Shown in pieces: positions 18,150-27,922 of a stretch of DNA of 64,000 nucleotides; within the stretch, counting starts at the first letter, position 1, and each line of letters begins with the position of its first letter. The DNA lies in IMG/VR virus record IMGVR_UViG_3300045988_183727, one strand, 5' to 3'. Origin of the DNA: a virus. Made by a program: the position numbers and the translations under genes. The notes under the pieces were generated by a model. The model worked only from the letters and a program-made list of their open reading frames with translations. It searched no databases and was not told the DNA's origin.

Positions 18150-19586
18150 ATGTTTGACCTGCTCTTTGGGAACAAGGCCGTTCTCGTCCCCGCAATTATC
18201 GTGATTGCGGTCCTCATCATCTGTATTTTGGGGTATATCAAGGCGCCGCCCGATATGGCGTATATCATCTCCGGTCTTCGCAAGAAGCCCAAAATCCTCA
18301 TTGGTCGTGCCGGCGTTCGCGTTCCGTTTCTGGAGCGCGTCGATAAGCTAATTGTCCGTCAGATTTCCGTGGACATCAAATCCGATGGCTACATTCCCAC
18401 ACTGGACTTCATCGGCGTTGATGTGGATGCCGTTGCCAAGGTCCGTGTCAGGACAGATGACGAGGGCATTAAGCTGGCTATGCGGAACTTCCTGAACATC
18501 ACTGATGCCCGTGGCTTTGAGCAGGCGATTTCGGACTCTCTGCAGGGAAACATGAGAGAGATTATCGGGACTATAACGCTCAAGGAAATCTGCAATGACC
18601 GTAAGAAATTCGGTGATGAAATCCAGTCAAAGGCGCAGGTTGACATGAATGCGTTGGGTATCGAGATTATCTCCTGTAATATCCAGCGCGTGACCGACGA
18701 GAAGGGCCTTATCAATGCTCTGGGTCAGGATAATATGAGTCAAATCCAGAAAAATGCTTCTATCGCCAAGGCCGAAGCGGAGCGCGATATCCAGATTGCT
18801 CAGGCGGAGGCGGCTCGTCAGGCGAACGAGGCTCAGGTCGCATCCGATACACAGATTTCTATTCGTAAGACCGAACTGGCCGTGAAGCAGGCCGAGCTGA
18901 AGGAAACCTCCGACATCAAGAAGGCTGCTGCCGATGCTGCCTATAAGATTGAGGAACAGAAGCAGCGCCGGAGCCTCGATATTGCATCTACCGATGCCGA
19001 CATTGCGAAGCGCGAGAAGGAAGCAGAACTGGCAGAGCGTGAAATCACGCTGCAGGAGCGTCGGTTGGATGCTGATATTCGCAAGAAGGCAGATGCCGAT
19101 AAGTACGCTGCCGAAAAGAAGGCCGAAGCAGAGCTGTACGCCCGCAAGCAGGAAGCCGAGGCCAAGCGCTTCGAGCAGGAGCAGATTGCCGAAGGTATCA
19201 AGGCCGTCGGTGCCGCAGAAGCCGAGGCTATCAAGGCCAAGGCTCTGGCCGAAGCGGAAGGTATCGACCGTAAGGCTGAGGCCATGAAAAAGTACGGTGA
19301 AGCCGCAGTGGTCGAGATGATTATGAACGCACTGCCCGAAATTGCCAAGAACGTGGCCGCGCCTCTCACTAATGTGGATTCCATCACCATGTACGGCGAG
19401 GGTAACAGTACGAAGCTGATTGAGGACATCGTTTCTTCTACCACTCAGGTTTCCAACGGTATGCTGAACGGTTTGGGTATCGACCTGCGGAGCCTGCTGG
19501 CCGGCTTTGTCGGAGGCAAGGTCGCAGTTCCCGCATCTGCTCCCAGTGTTGAGCCTACCGCCGTCACTGAGGGCGAAGCCGAGTAA
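18150..19586 (+). CDS. floT: flotillin / SPFH (band-7) domain protein
   Basis: N-terminal TM helix, an SPFH core, then a long Ala/Glu-rich coiled coil, as in FloT/YuaG. Confidence 0.8.
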   Translation: MFDLLFGNKAVLVPAIIVIAVLIICILGYIKAPPDMAYIISGLRKKPKILIGRAGVRVPFLERVDKLIVRQISVDIKSDGYIPTLDFIGVDVDAVAKVRVRTDDEGIKLAMRNFLNITDARGFEQAISDSLQGNMREIIGTITLKEICNDRKKFGDEIQSKAQVDMNALGIEIISCNIQRVTDEKGLINALGQDNMSQIQKNASIAKAEAERDIQIAQAEAARQANEAQVASDTQISIRKTELAVKQAELKETSDIKKAAADAAYKIEEQKQRRSLDIASTDADIAKREKEAELAEREITLQERRLDADIRKKADADKYAAEKKAEAELYARKQEAEAKRFEQEQIAEGIKAVGAAEAEAIKAKALAEAEGIDRKAEAMKKYGEAAVVEMIMNALPEIAKNVAAPLTNVDSITMYGEGNSTKLIEDIVSSTTQVSNGMLNGLGIDLRSLLAGFVGGKVAVPASAPSVEPTAVTEGEAE

Positions 19587-19629
19587 AAACAATTACCCCA
19601 CCGTAGGCACTCCCTGCGGCGGGGAATAC

Positions 19630-19717
19630 GGAGAGGTGGCCGAGTGGTTGAAGGCACCGGTCTTGAAAACCGGCGATGCGAAAGCATCCGTGGGTTTGAA
19701 TCCCACTCTCTCCGCCA
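19630..19717 (+). tRNA. tRNA-Ser(TGA), long variable arm, CCA encoded
   Basis: ggagaggtggccgagtggttgaaggc D-arm, anticodon loop cttgaaa, extra arm, T-arm gtgggtttgaatcccac, acceptor 3' strand tctctcc followed by g then cca. Confidence 0.85.
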
Positions 19718-19728
19718 AAAAAAAACAA

Positions 19729-20053
19729 GTACGGACGGTATAACCGGAATTAACGCCTGTGGAGATGCATGGTCGTCGCGGAAGCAGGAATACTCTGTTG
19801 GCTGGCAATCACGTGAGAGGTGACGACCAGCACCTTGGGGGAACTGAATACCTGTGCTGGGTATACACCACCCAGAAATAGCAGGGTACTATACCACAAG
19901 ATGCCGCACGTTGAATTTGAGTGGCGGTATACACCACCCAGAAAAAAACAGGGTACTATACCATCTCATTGCACACTGGCATATACCCGTTATCGTAAAG
20001 GATATGTCACGGTTAGGGGTATACACCACCCCGAAATAACAGGGTTGTATACC
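19729..20053 (+). repeat. R1: ~130-nt conserved structured core plus 3 degenerate 36-nt GTATAC units; abuts the tRNA-Ser 3' end
   Basis: The core gtacggacggtataaccggaattaacgcctgtggagatgcatggtcgtcg...cctgtgctgg recurs at 20125, 50345, 51812 and 53259. Confidence 0.6.
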
Positions 20054-20098
20054 TCGGTATGACGATTATATCCGAAGGAAGCTCATTATCCAAGGAAA

Positions 20099-20250
20099 GT
20101 GTGCAATGATTGCACACTTAAAGACGTACGGATGGTACAGCCGGAATTTACGCCTGTGGAGACGAACTCCGTCGTAGAAGCAGGAACTTCCCATGGCTGA
20201 ACACCGCGTGAGAGGCGGTACAGCACCGAGGTGAGAGCACCTTGGGGAAC
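20099..20250 (+). repeat. R2: 19-nt perfect palindrome gtgtgcaatgattgcacac plus a diverged core copy
   Basis: The same palindrome precedes R3 at 50304. The core diverges after ggggaac. Confidence 0.5.
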
Positions 20251-20280
20251 AGCTTGAGTATCAAAATCGGTGGAAGGGCG

Positions 20281-20691
20281 ATGATTGTTTGTATGGCTGA
20301 TTACTTCAAAGTCGTATATTCGCGGGAGCTCTCCTCAGAATATGAACCGCGTTACATTGTCATACAGCCCAAGACTGGTGCGGTATTGGATGATGCCCAA
20401 GGTTTCGGCTACACGAGCCGCGAGAAGGCGGCAAAGGCATACACCTACAAGAAGATGCCGCATCCCGAACAGCGGTCTCTGGCGGCCCGCAAACGCCGCG
20501 TTGAGAAGTGGTGTCTGGAACACCTTGATGTGGTAGATGGTTATGCTGACATCTGCTTACAGCATATGAAGGCATCGGGAGATGGACGTATCAGTATGAG
20601 TTCTGCTGTTGTCTCCCGTTATTTGAAGGACTGCGGATACGATAATCTGCCGTTCTCGGCACAGGACTTTATCCGCTACTGTAAAACTTGA
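20281..20691 (+). CDS. hypothetical protein
   Basis: ATG after ggaagggcg; in-frame inside ORF 20242..20691. Confidence 0.45.
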   Translation: MIVCMADYFKVVYSRELSSEYEPRYIVIQPKTGAVLDDAQGFGYTSREKAAKAYTYKKMPHPEQRSLAARKRRVEKWCLEHLDVVDGYADICLQHMKASGDGRISMSSAVVSRYLKDCGYDNLPFSAQDFIRYCKT

Positions 20692-20713
20692 ATTTTGGGC
20701 GAGGTGAAAGGAC

Positions 20714-22903
20714 ATGAAGAACACCATATTGGGGACGGTGCGCTTTAATGACATCGAGGCATACAAGAATGAGTGGGCGGCGAGAAGCCGTGAATGGCGC
20801 TTTGAAAAAGCCCGACAGGAGGAAACCCACATTATCAGGGAGAATGACAGAGACGATGCAACGCTCTTTTCTGGACTCACAGACCTGTCCAGTCTCTCGC
20901 GAGATAATAGTGACACCAATGAGAGATGGTGGCGGAAACGCATTGAGGACTACCTCAAGAACCTTTCTGAGTTCATCGACTACTGTAAGACCTATGAGCA
21001 GCCTGCCAACGTATATAGCATTTATGAGGGCATTGGTATGGTCGTCGGCCTCGGCAGTCGTAGGTTCTTTCTCTACCAGCCGGACTCTCTGGTGGCGGAG
21101 TATGTGCCGGTCAAGGACTATTCCGCAATGTCCGTGGGCGAGATGCGAGCCCTCGCAACGCACGGCGCTTCATCGACGCTGCCGGCATCCGTGCCTGAGT
21201 CTCTATCGGTCTCTCAGGTGCGCGAAGGTCTGTCCGACCGTGAGGCGGAGCTGAACGCCCTCAAAGCCAATATCGAAGATACCAAGAACGGAACCAGTGA
21301 TGAACTCCGCGCCCTCAAGGAAGAGGTCGAGCGTGCCATGGCCGCCTTGGAGAAGAAAAAGGACAAACTGATGGCAGAGCTGTCCGCCAAACGCGAGGCT
21401 CTGGAGGAACAGGTAGAAATGATGAACAATCAGATTTACCTGTTGGAATCTCAGATTTATGCTATCCGCTGCTACATGGGTGAGACAATCAACTTTACCC
21501 GTATCCGCACTGGCCGGAACGCACCGGAAAAGGAGCCGGTTGTCCTGTTCCAGAAGCTCCGTTTTCTCGATGAAGAGATGGGGCGTCTTGCTTCCATTTA
21601 CAACATGAAAGAAAGCAAGCTGAAGTATTTCGAGGAGTTTCTCGCAGCGTCTCCTGTTGCGCTGGATACCTTTGCTCCCAGTGAGAAGTGCGTGGCACTG
21701 GTTCGTCTCAGCAAGACCGGCAAACATTTCTTTGGGCATGAGATGTGGAGCAATATGCTGGACAGCTATAATATCTACCACGGGAACACCATTGGTATCA
21801 TTATCCGAAACGGAGAAAATGTCTATATCGGTTGGACTGACCCGGAGGAAGTCCATGTGACAGATGACTTCATTATGGAAGTAAATCCCAAGGATTTCCG
21901 CGTCAATACGGAGTATATCGGGCAGGAGGATGAATACCAGCGGAAGCAGCGTGTCAAAGAGGAGCGTTCACAGGCGCGAAGTATGGTCGTGGAAATGGTT
22001 TCCAGAATTTTCCTGTTCAATATCCTGCAGGGTGTGGTGGATAGCTCCAACATCCTTTCTCTGCCGGATGGTGTCAAAATCTCCAAGTCCTCCGAATATG
22101 TCGTGTTTTCCATGGCTGACCGCTGGTTGACCGACAACCGTTATGGCAGCTTTGTAGACATCGTGAAGCGATGCAATAAGCCTGATGCAAAGAAAGGTGA
22201 TAGTATCTTGACCGTCCTTTCTTTGACTCCGGGGAGAGAATACAGGTATAGGCCTTACTGGAATGACCGTGGCAGGGGAGACCGCAACCGTACCCATGAC
22301 TGTTCCGTTGATGACTGCGCCATCTATCCCATCAATCTGGTGGAGTATGACGCACCGGAGCAGCGCACCTATTATCTCTTTAATGGCATTCGCTACTCCA
22401 CATATGGCGATGGCAGTAATCTCGGCGATGACGCTGAAATCATCGAAACCGTTATGGAGACTAAGCCGCATTTCTTCGTATCTGTGGAGAAAGGCGAGTC
22501 CATAAACCGCCGTTGGTATGCTGACGAGGGCAAGAAATGCGCCCGTTCCAACTTCGAGGTGTTCCGCGACGAATATATCAACCTCGCTTTTATGAACTCC
22601 GAGTGGCTGACTTACGCCATCAATACCAAGAACCTCGGTGGATGGATTATCGGCGGTAAGTGCGTGGATTACGCCTACGGTATCAAGTACCTGAATGTGG
22701 CACTGCAGCACATCCGCCAGCGCGAGGCATCCGAGAAAGAGCACCTTGACCGCTCTTGCCCCGGCTTTACGGAGAAGTACCCTTCTTGGATGGTAGACCT
22801 GTCAGAATGGAAGCTCGCCGAAGATGTCCATAGCCTCCATTCCCGCAATGTATCGAGATTCTTAAAATGGTTTGCTGAGAAAGCGGAAAGAGGTGAGGTG
22901 TAA
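20714..22903 (+). CDS. hypothetical large protein with a central coiled coil (729 aa)
   Basis: ORF track. RBS ggcgaggtgaaagga. The stop overlaps the next start (TAAATG). Confidence 0.6.
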   Translation: MKNTILGTVRFNDIEAYKNEWAARSREWRFEKARQEETHIIRENDRDDATLFSGLTDLSSLSRDNSDTNERWWRKRIEDYLKNLSEFIDYCKTYEQPANVYSIYEGIGMVVGLGSRRFFLYQPDSLVAEYVPVKDYSAMSVGEMRALATHGASSTLPASVPESLSVSQVREGLSDREAELNALKANIEDTKNGTSDELRALKEEVERAMAALEKKKDKLMAELSAKREALEEQVEMMNNQIYLLESQIYAIRCYMGETINFTRIRTGRNAPEKEPVVLFQKLRFLDEEMGRLASIYNMKESKLKYFEEFLAASPVALDTFAPSEKCVALVRLSKTGKHFFGHEMWSNMLDSYNIYHGNTIGIIIRNGENVYIGWTDPEEVHVTDDFIMEVNPKDFRVNTEYIGQEDEYQRKQRVKEERSQARSMVVEMVSRIFLFNILQGVVDSSNILSLPDGVKISKSSEYVVFSMADRWLTDNRYGSFVDIVKRCNKPDAKKGDSILTVLSLTPGREYRYRPYWNDRGRGDRNRTHDCSVDDCAIYPINLVEYDAPEQRTYYLFNGIRYSTYGDGSNLGDDAEIIETVMETKPHFFVSVEKGESINRRWYADEGKKCARSNFEVFRDEYINLAFMNSEWLTYAINTKNLGGWIIGGKCVDYAYGIKYLNVALQHIRQREASEKEHLDRSCPGFTEKYPSWMVDLSEWKLAEDVHSLHSRNVSRFLKWFAEKAERGEV

Positions 22904-23113
22904 ATGTCTGCGGTAAAGAAGAACAGTTCCGGAATTCTCAAATACGTCGTGTTTTGCAGTGCCTGCGGGCAGACTGCTCCCTTAACTGACAAGGTTGATG
23001 TTGACGGCCATCTTATGTACGATTGGCACCGCCCTTGTCCGCGCTGTGGTAAGGAAGACTGGGCAACTCGCTTCATTGAACCTCTCGGAGCTGCAAAGAA
23101 AACGCAAACTTGA
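22904..23113 (+). CDS. zinc-ribbon small protein, translationally coupled
   Basis: CSACG...CPRCG motifs; the start overlaps the upstream stop. Confidence 0.5.
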   Translation: MSAVKKNSSGILKYVVFCSACGQTAPLTDKVDVDGHLMYDWHRPCPRCGKEDWATRFIEPLGAAKKTQT

Positions 23114-23210
23114 GTTTGCTTATCTCTTTGCTTATTCACCCAATCTCTTAGCTTTTTCCTTGAAATTTAGTTTGGTTTGTCGCAAGTTGGTTGCAACCTT
23201 GAAAAATAAG

Positions 23211-23246
23211 CAAAAAGCACCTCTCAAGAGAGAGGTGCTTTTGTGT
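23211..23246. terminator. bidirectional terminator
   Basis: aaaaagcacctctc aaga gagaggtgctttt. Confidence 0.6.
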
Positions 23247-24620
23247 TTAGAATTTGAGTTGCTCTTCAGTTATTTTTGCGATTTGCGGCAACTTGCGAGC
23301 TTCTTCGGTACGGAGCTGGAACATATCCAGCTCATAATTGCCGAGCCGAACGCGGTCAAGCCCATCAGCGTCTTTGAAAATATCAAAGAGTGCTTTGACG
23401 CGCAGCGCATCCTGCCTATCCCTCCAGTGTTCCGAGATGAAGTCGTAGCCTTCCTTATCGGGGCGGCAGTGATACTCCATCAGAAACAGAGTGATGGGGT
23501 CCGTATCAGGATATGCTTCCTGCAGCATCCTTGCGCTCTCGCCACCGTGGGTATTATCCTCGGAATCGCTACGCCTGCCTGTGTCGTGATACAGTGCAGC
23601 CTCAATCAGAATTTCCTTGTCTTCCAAGTCCAGACCCTTCATATATGCCAGCAGCATACACATGAATAGGACACGGCCAGCGTGAGCCTTTCCATGCAGT
23701 TTGCCTGCCATCTGGAATGGAACGGCGTCATAGTCAGCAGTCTTCTGATAGAGCCAGAAGTCGTCTATCGCACCGTCATCCGCTGCCTCGTTGAGCCAGT
23801 CGATACCATAGAAGGGGAAGTCTTCAACCTCCTTGATGTCATCGGGAGATACAATAACTTCAGCCTCCACGCCTTCGAAATACTCAATGACAGAGGCTTT
23901 TTCGACTGTAGCCCGATATACCTTTGCATGGTCAGACGGAAAGCGCGTGGCGAAGAACACGGCTACGGCAGGGTCCAGCGTCCAAGAGAACGCTTCCTCC
24001 AGACTTGCGCTTTCATCGCCGGTGCCACGGTAAACCGTCAGTGTGTCAGGATACTTCCTGAGCCCCTTCTCCGTTGCCTGAACCTGTTCCGGCGTTTTCA
24101 TGCTTTTGAGCTTCAGTATACCATCCCGTCCGAGTGCGGAGCATCCGTAATCGGAAAAGGGGTAGACATTGTAGAACAGTTTGTAAGCACCATCAAAGCC
24201 CTCATCAACGAGTTTCTTCAGATACTCTATCCGCATCCGGTCGTTGAGTGCCGTGATGATGAAGTTACAGTTGCCGGAGGCAATTTTCTCCTTCAGTTGC
24301 TCAACAGCCCCTCGGATTTCAGGCGTTTTATCTTCACCGTCGGCTGCCATTGTAAGACTGTTGCAGGGGAATATGACCTTATCCTTATCCCAGTAATAAA
24401 ACGGGGTAAAGCCGCAGCCGTAGTAGAGGTTCTCAATGATGTCGTCGGTTAGATGAAACTTCTTCCGCAGTTCATCGGCTGTATAGGGCGCCATATATCC
24501 GTTCCGACTGGCAACTGCCTTTGATTTCTCTGATGTGACAGATGTAACAGGGAGGAGGTTGTTGAACGATTCAACATTGCGGGACTTCATCACCACATCA
24601 GTGATGTTCATACTTCTCAA
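23247..24620 (-). CDS. HD-domain phosphohydrolase fusion protein
   Basis: C-terminal H...HD...D motifs (HGKAHAGRV ... LYHDTGR ... DADGLDR); N-terminal half of unknown function. Confidence 0.6.
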   Translation of the reverse strand: MRSMNITDVVMKSRNVESFNNLLPVTSVTSEKSKAVASRNGYMAPYTADELRKKFHLTDDIIENLYYGCGFTPFYYWDKDKVIFPCNSLTMAADGEDKTPEIRGAVEQLKEKIASGNCNFIITALNDRMRIEYLKKLVDEGFDGAYKLFYNVYPFSDYGCSALGRDGILKLKSMKTPEQVQATEKGLRKYPDTLTVYRGTGDESASLEEAFSWTLDPAVAVFFATRFPSDHAKVYRATVEKASVIEYFEGVEAEVIVSPDDIKEVEDFPFYGIDWLNEAADDGAIDDFWLYQKTADYDAVPFQMAGKLHGKAHAGRVLFMCMLLAYMKGLDLEDKEILIEAALYHDTGRRSDSEDNTHGGESARMLQEAYPDTDPITLFLMEYHCRPDKEGYDFISEHWRDRQDALRVKALFDIFKDADGLDRVRLGNYELDMFQLRTEEARKLPQIAKITEEQLKF

Positions 24621-24807
24621 TCTCCTTCAATAATTTTTCTATCACATCGGCAGCATCCGCTTCAATGTCGTTGATGTTACAGGCACCGTCCACATCACGG
24701 TACTTGCACCGCTTATCGCCGCAGCCAAGGTTGTCTTCAGCGTCCGTGCCGTAGCAGCGGAGCTTCTTGATAACTCTCAGCGCATCGCTTTTCAGCTTTG
24801 CAGTCAT
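24598..24807 (-). CDS. hypothetical small Cys-containing protein
   Basis: ORF track; overlaps the downstream gene start. Confidence 0.35.
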   Translation of the reverse strand: MTAKLKSDALRVIKKLRCYGTDAEDNLGCGDKRCKYRDVDGACNINDIEADAADVIEKLLKEIEKYEHH

Positions 24808-24895
24808 TATGTTTTCTCCTTTCTACGGGTTCTTTTTGCATATCATTATATATTCTTATATGCAGAAACTCAACTCCTTTCTGCAGCAAACAGAA

Positions 24896-25132
24896 TCAAA
24901 GGGTCTCATCGGCAATGACTTCCTTGGAAACCGTGTTATTCCACATCCGCACACTCTTCCTGATACTGCTGGCATAGATTTTTGTGCCGGCATAGGTCTT
25001 CAGGTTTGCGTGGAACGGAAACCCCTTTTTGCAACTCTGACATACAGCCTTACAATCGGGCTTGCCACAGTGGGAATACAGCTTGATTTTGCCACCACAC
25101 ACGGGGCAGGGAGCAATGTAACCTAAATCCAT
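24896..25132 (-). CDS. zinc-ribbon small protein
   Basis: CPVCGG...HCGKPDC...CQSC motifs; the start is either MDLGY or the upstream MKGDNAM. Confidence 0.45.
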   Translation of the reverse strand: MDLGYIAPCPVCGGKIKLYSHCGKPDCKAVCQSCKKGFPFHANLKTYAGTKIYASSIRKSVRMWNNTVSKEVIADETL

Positions 25133-25186
25133 AGCATTATCTCCTTTCAAAGAGAGCCACCCCGAAAGGTGGCTCTTTAATTGTTG

Positions 25187-27409
25187 TTAGACCTTCAACC
25201 GCTTCTTGACGATTTTGACCATTGCCTTGGGGAAGGTGGACAGGTCAGTAATGTCAAGGAACTGGTCGCCGTAAATCTTCTTGAGGTACTCTTTGTCGTC
25301 GCCAATAGCTGCTGCGACAATCTCAACACCGCGCCGGCGATTGCGGGCTACGATGTCTTTGATGTCCTTCGCCGCAGAATCTCCACCATAGGAATCATCA
25401 TTCGGCTTACCATCCGAAATGATAATGAGGAGCTTCGTGCGCTCAGGTCTCGCATTCAGCAGGTTCGCAACGACCTCCAGTGCTGCACCGTCACGGTTAC
25501 AGCCGCCAGTGGAGAGCTTGGCAAGACGGTACTTGTCACGCTTACCGGCCTTCAGGAAGTCTGTGTAGACGAACAGGTTGACCCTACCATGCATGGTCAC
25601 ATTGTGACCGTACACAGCGACAGGAACATGAACACGCTCTGCAAAGTCATGCAGGAGCATGGTAGCCTTCATAGCGGCGCCCATGCGCTGTCCGTACATC
25701 GAGCCAGACTGGTCAACCAGCACGGAAACTGCCATATCGGGCAGGTCCTGCGGCAACTTTGTGTCGCTGAAGAACCGGCAATCCGGACGCCACATTTCGC
25801 TTGCAACGATATCTCTACCGTACATTCGGTTTCTGCGGACATCGCCGTCCTGCAGGTCCTTCAACTCCTGCTGCATCAACTTTGCCAGACGCTTGGAATA
25901 CTGCGACACATCCTCCATCATTTCACCGTAGAGCTTGATGTTGGAAGGTGTTACTTCAACCTCGCGTTTGACGTCGATGCTATGGCCCTTGTGCGTAGAG
26001 CTACGGTCCATGATGTCAACATCAGCGATGATTTGAGACTTCAAATCCTGCTCCATCTGTGCTTCGGCCATGTTTCCGGCAACGGAGGAAATAATGGTCT
26101 GCAGGACATTCGCCAACATACTGTCGGCTTGCTCCTGCTTTCCGTTTTTATCCTGTCCATCGCCGCTCTTGCCGGCCACAGCAGCGGGGATGTTGCCCTT
26201 ATTGGCATCATTCCCGCCGGAACCACTACCGCTGTCGTTTTTCTTACCCTTCTTCTTGTCGGCAGACTGGGCATCCTTGGTAGCTTGCTTGGCTACGTTG
26301 GATGCCTTCTGGTTCTGAGGCATCTGAGAACCACCTCCATTCTGTGCGCCCTGAGCAATTTGCTGGAGCACCTGCTGAATGGCATTGGCGCTGGGCTGGG
26401 AGATACCTCCGCCGCCCTGCTGGTTCTGACTGCCTTGACCACCGCTGGAAGCGGGCTGTCCTTGCTGCCCGCCCTGACCGTTCTGGTCGGAGCCGGACTG
26501 CTGACCTTGCCCCTGCTGGCCTTGGCCTGCCTGAGAGCTCTGCTGCTTGTCACACTTCTCAATCGCGTCCTTAATGTAAGGCCACATAAAGAGAAGCATC
26601 ACATTGATTTGGGAATACAGCTCCTTCGGGTTATCCGTGTTGGTGGCAAGCTCAATGGTCTGCGAGATGTCTGTCAGCTTTTTGGCGTACTCATTGGTAT
26701 AGAGCGTCTGCTCATCCGCAACGAGAATTTCACCAAATCGTGCGAACTGGAGAACGAGGCTTGTCATAATAGACAGCGGCTCCTTCTTGTTGTTCGTATA
26801 GCCTTCCAGCGTGTGAAGCTGCCCCTGAAGGGAAGATGCTGCCATCTCAATACCACGAGCGACAATGCCGCCGTAGTAGTCGCTCATACGTTCCTCGTCG
26901 TGTGCGTCGATGATGCAGTTGACGAGTTCGTCTCGCAGCGACTTGAACACCTTGCGGTATTCAGGATGCTTCAGCGCCTCCTTCATCTCATCCAGCTCTG
27001 TCTCATCGTCCGGTTCAGGCATCCGTCCATAGAGTGTGCCGTTCTCTTCCAGTTCCTTGTCTGCCAGCGCATCGGCGCGAAAGTCGTGGAATCGGATGTG
27101 GGCCAACTCGTGATAGACAATACCCATGACCGTTGCGAATCGGGAGGAGGGGAGCTTATACCATGTGATGACACTGTTTGCCGTATTCTGACAAAGACTA
27201 TTCCCGTCAGTACAGGCGGTGATGTCGGATTTGGGGTTATGCATCAGAGAAACGGAGATGTGCTTGTCAAGGTCTTTCGTCATCGAATCGACCGTTGCCT
27301 GCACATGACTCCGAAACGCTTCACTGGTGTAGATGTCAGCATCTGTGAGTTTTTCGCTCATTTCCTTGGCGCCTACGCGGATTTGCCTCCAGATAGATTT
27401 CTGGTCCAT
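25187..27409 (-). CDS. vWA-domain protein with an N-terminal HExxH metallopeptidase-like domain
   Basis: HELAH motif, a Gln/Gly-rich linker, and the vWA MIDAS motif VLVDQSGSM. Confidence 0.75.
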   Translation of the reverse strand: MDQKSIWRQIRVGAKEMSEKLTDADIYTSEAFRSHVQATVDSMTKDLDKHISVSLMHNPKSDITACTDGNSLCQNTANSVITWYKLPSSRFATVMGIVYHELAHIRFHDFRADALADKELEENGTLYGRMPEPDDETELDEMKEALKHPEYRKVFKSLRDELVNCIIDAHDEERMSDYYGGIVARGIEMAASSLQGQLHTLEGYTNNKKEPLSIMTSLVLQFARFGEILVADEQTLYTNEYAKKLTDISQTIELATNTDNPKELYSQINVMLLFMWPYIKDAIEKCDKQQSSQAGQGQQGQGQQSGSDQNGQGGQQGQPASSGGQGSQNQQGGGGISQPSANAIQQVLQQIAQGAQNGGGSQMPQNQKASNVAKQATKDAQSADKKKGKKNDSGSGSGGNDANKGNIPAAVAGKSGDGQDKNGKQEQADSMLANVLQTIISSVAGNMAEAQMEQDLKSQIIADVDIMDRSSTHKGHSIDVKREVEVTPSNIKLYGEMMEDVSQYSKRLAKLMQQELKDLQDGDVRRNRMYGRDIVASEMWRPDCRFFSDTKLPQDLPDMAVSVLVDQSGSMYGQRMGAAMKATMLLHDFAERVHVPVAVYGHNVTMHGRVNLFVYTDFLKAGKRDKYRLAKLSTGGCNRDGAALEVVANLLNARPERTKLLIIISDGKPNDDSYGGDSAAKDIKDIVARNRRRGVEIVAAAIGDDKEYLKKIYGDQFLDITDLSTFPKAMVKIVKKRLKV

Positions 27410-27426
27410 GCGTCAACTCTCCTTTC

Positions 27427-27846
27427 TTACTTTTTCCGGTTCTTGAAAATTTCAACGGTAAATTCAAGGCAGAAGTCTGCCACCTGCAGGCGGTCGGTGG
27501 AATCTCCGGTAAAAATCGGACTGATTCCGTTTGCTGCCGCCATCCGGTTAATGACATTGCAGCTATTGCAAGCAACGTCATGGTAGCATTTACGGAGCCT
27601 GTCGATGGTCTGCAATGCGTCGCGGAGGTCTTCGCCCTCAAGACGGTTGTGAGCAATGATGATGCGGGTCTCACCCATATCAACTGTGTTCACATAGTCG
27701 AGGAAGGCAGAGCATCGCTCTTCAAGGCTCTCAAGCAGCTTATCTGCATTGGGAATACCCTTCTTGACGCATTCGCCGACCTTGGCGCAGAGCGCGTTGT
27801 AATTTTCACGATTGAAAAAGTTGATGTTGTTATAGTTCTGAGTCAT
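27427..27846 (-). CDS. hypothetical protein
   Basis: ATG (MTQNYNN) 8 nt after aaaggagaaaaaaa on the minus strand. Confidence 0.45.
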   Translation of the reverse strand: MTQNYNNINFFNRENYNALCAKVGECVKKGIPNADKLLESLEERCSAFLDYVNTVDMGETRIIIAHNRLEGEDLRDALQTIDRLRKCYHDVACNSCNVINRMAAANGISPIFTGDSTDRLQVADFCLEFTVEIFKNRKK

Positions 27847-27922
27847 GGTGTTTTTTTCTCCTTTCTTTCTTATCCGAAAAGAAAGAAAAGAGGCACCATG
27901 CCTCTTTTCTCCTTTCGGACCC

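Noticed and set aside
19859-20053. CRISPR-like arrays formed by the 36-nt GTATAC units (also at 50473-50563, 51942-52155 and 53390-53533)
   Set aside because: Repeats are degenerate (70-90 percent). Spacers range from 17 to 54 nt. Each array has only 2-4 units. No cas genes are adjacent. The conserved part is sequence rather than a uniform repeat length, so they are more consistent with iteron- or REP-like elements.
19820-20062. 80-aa ORF spanning the R1 repeat units
   Set aside because: It is composed of repeat units, the frame is not conserved in the other copies, and it has no RBS.
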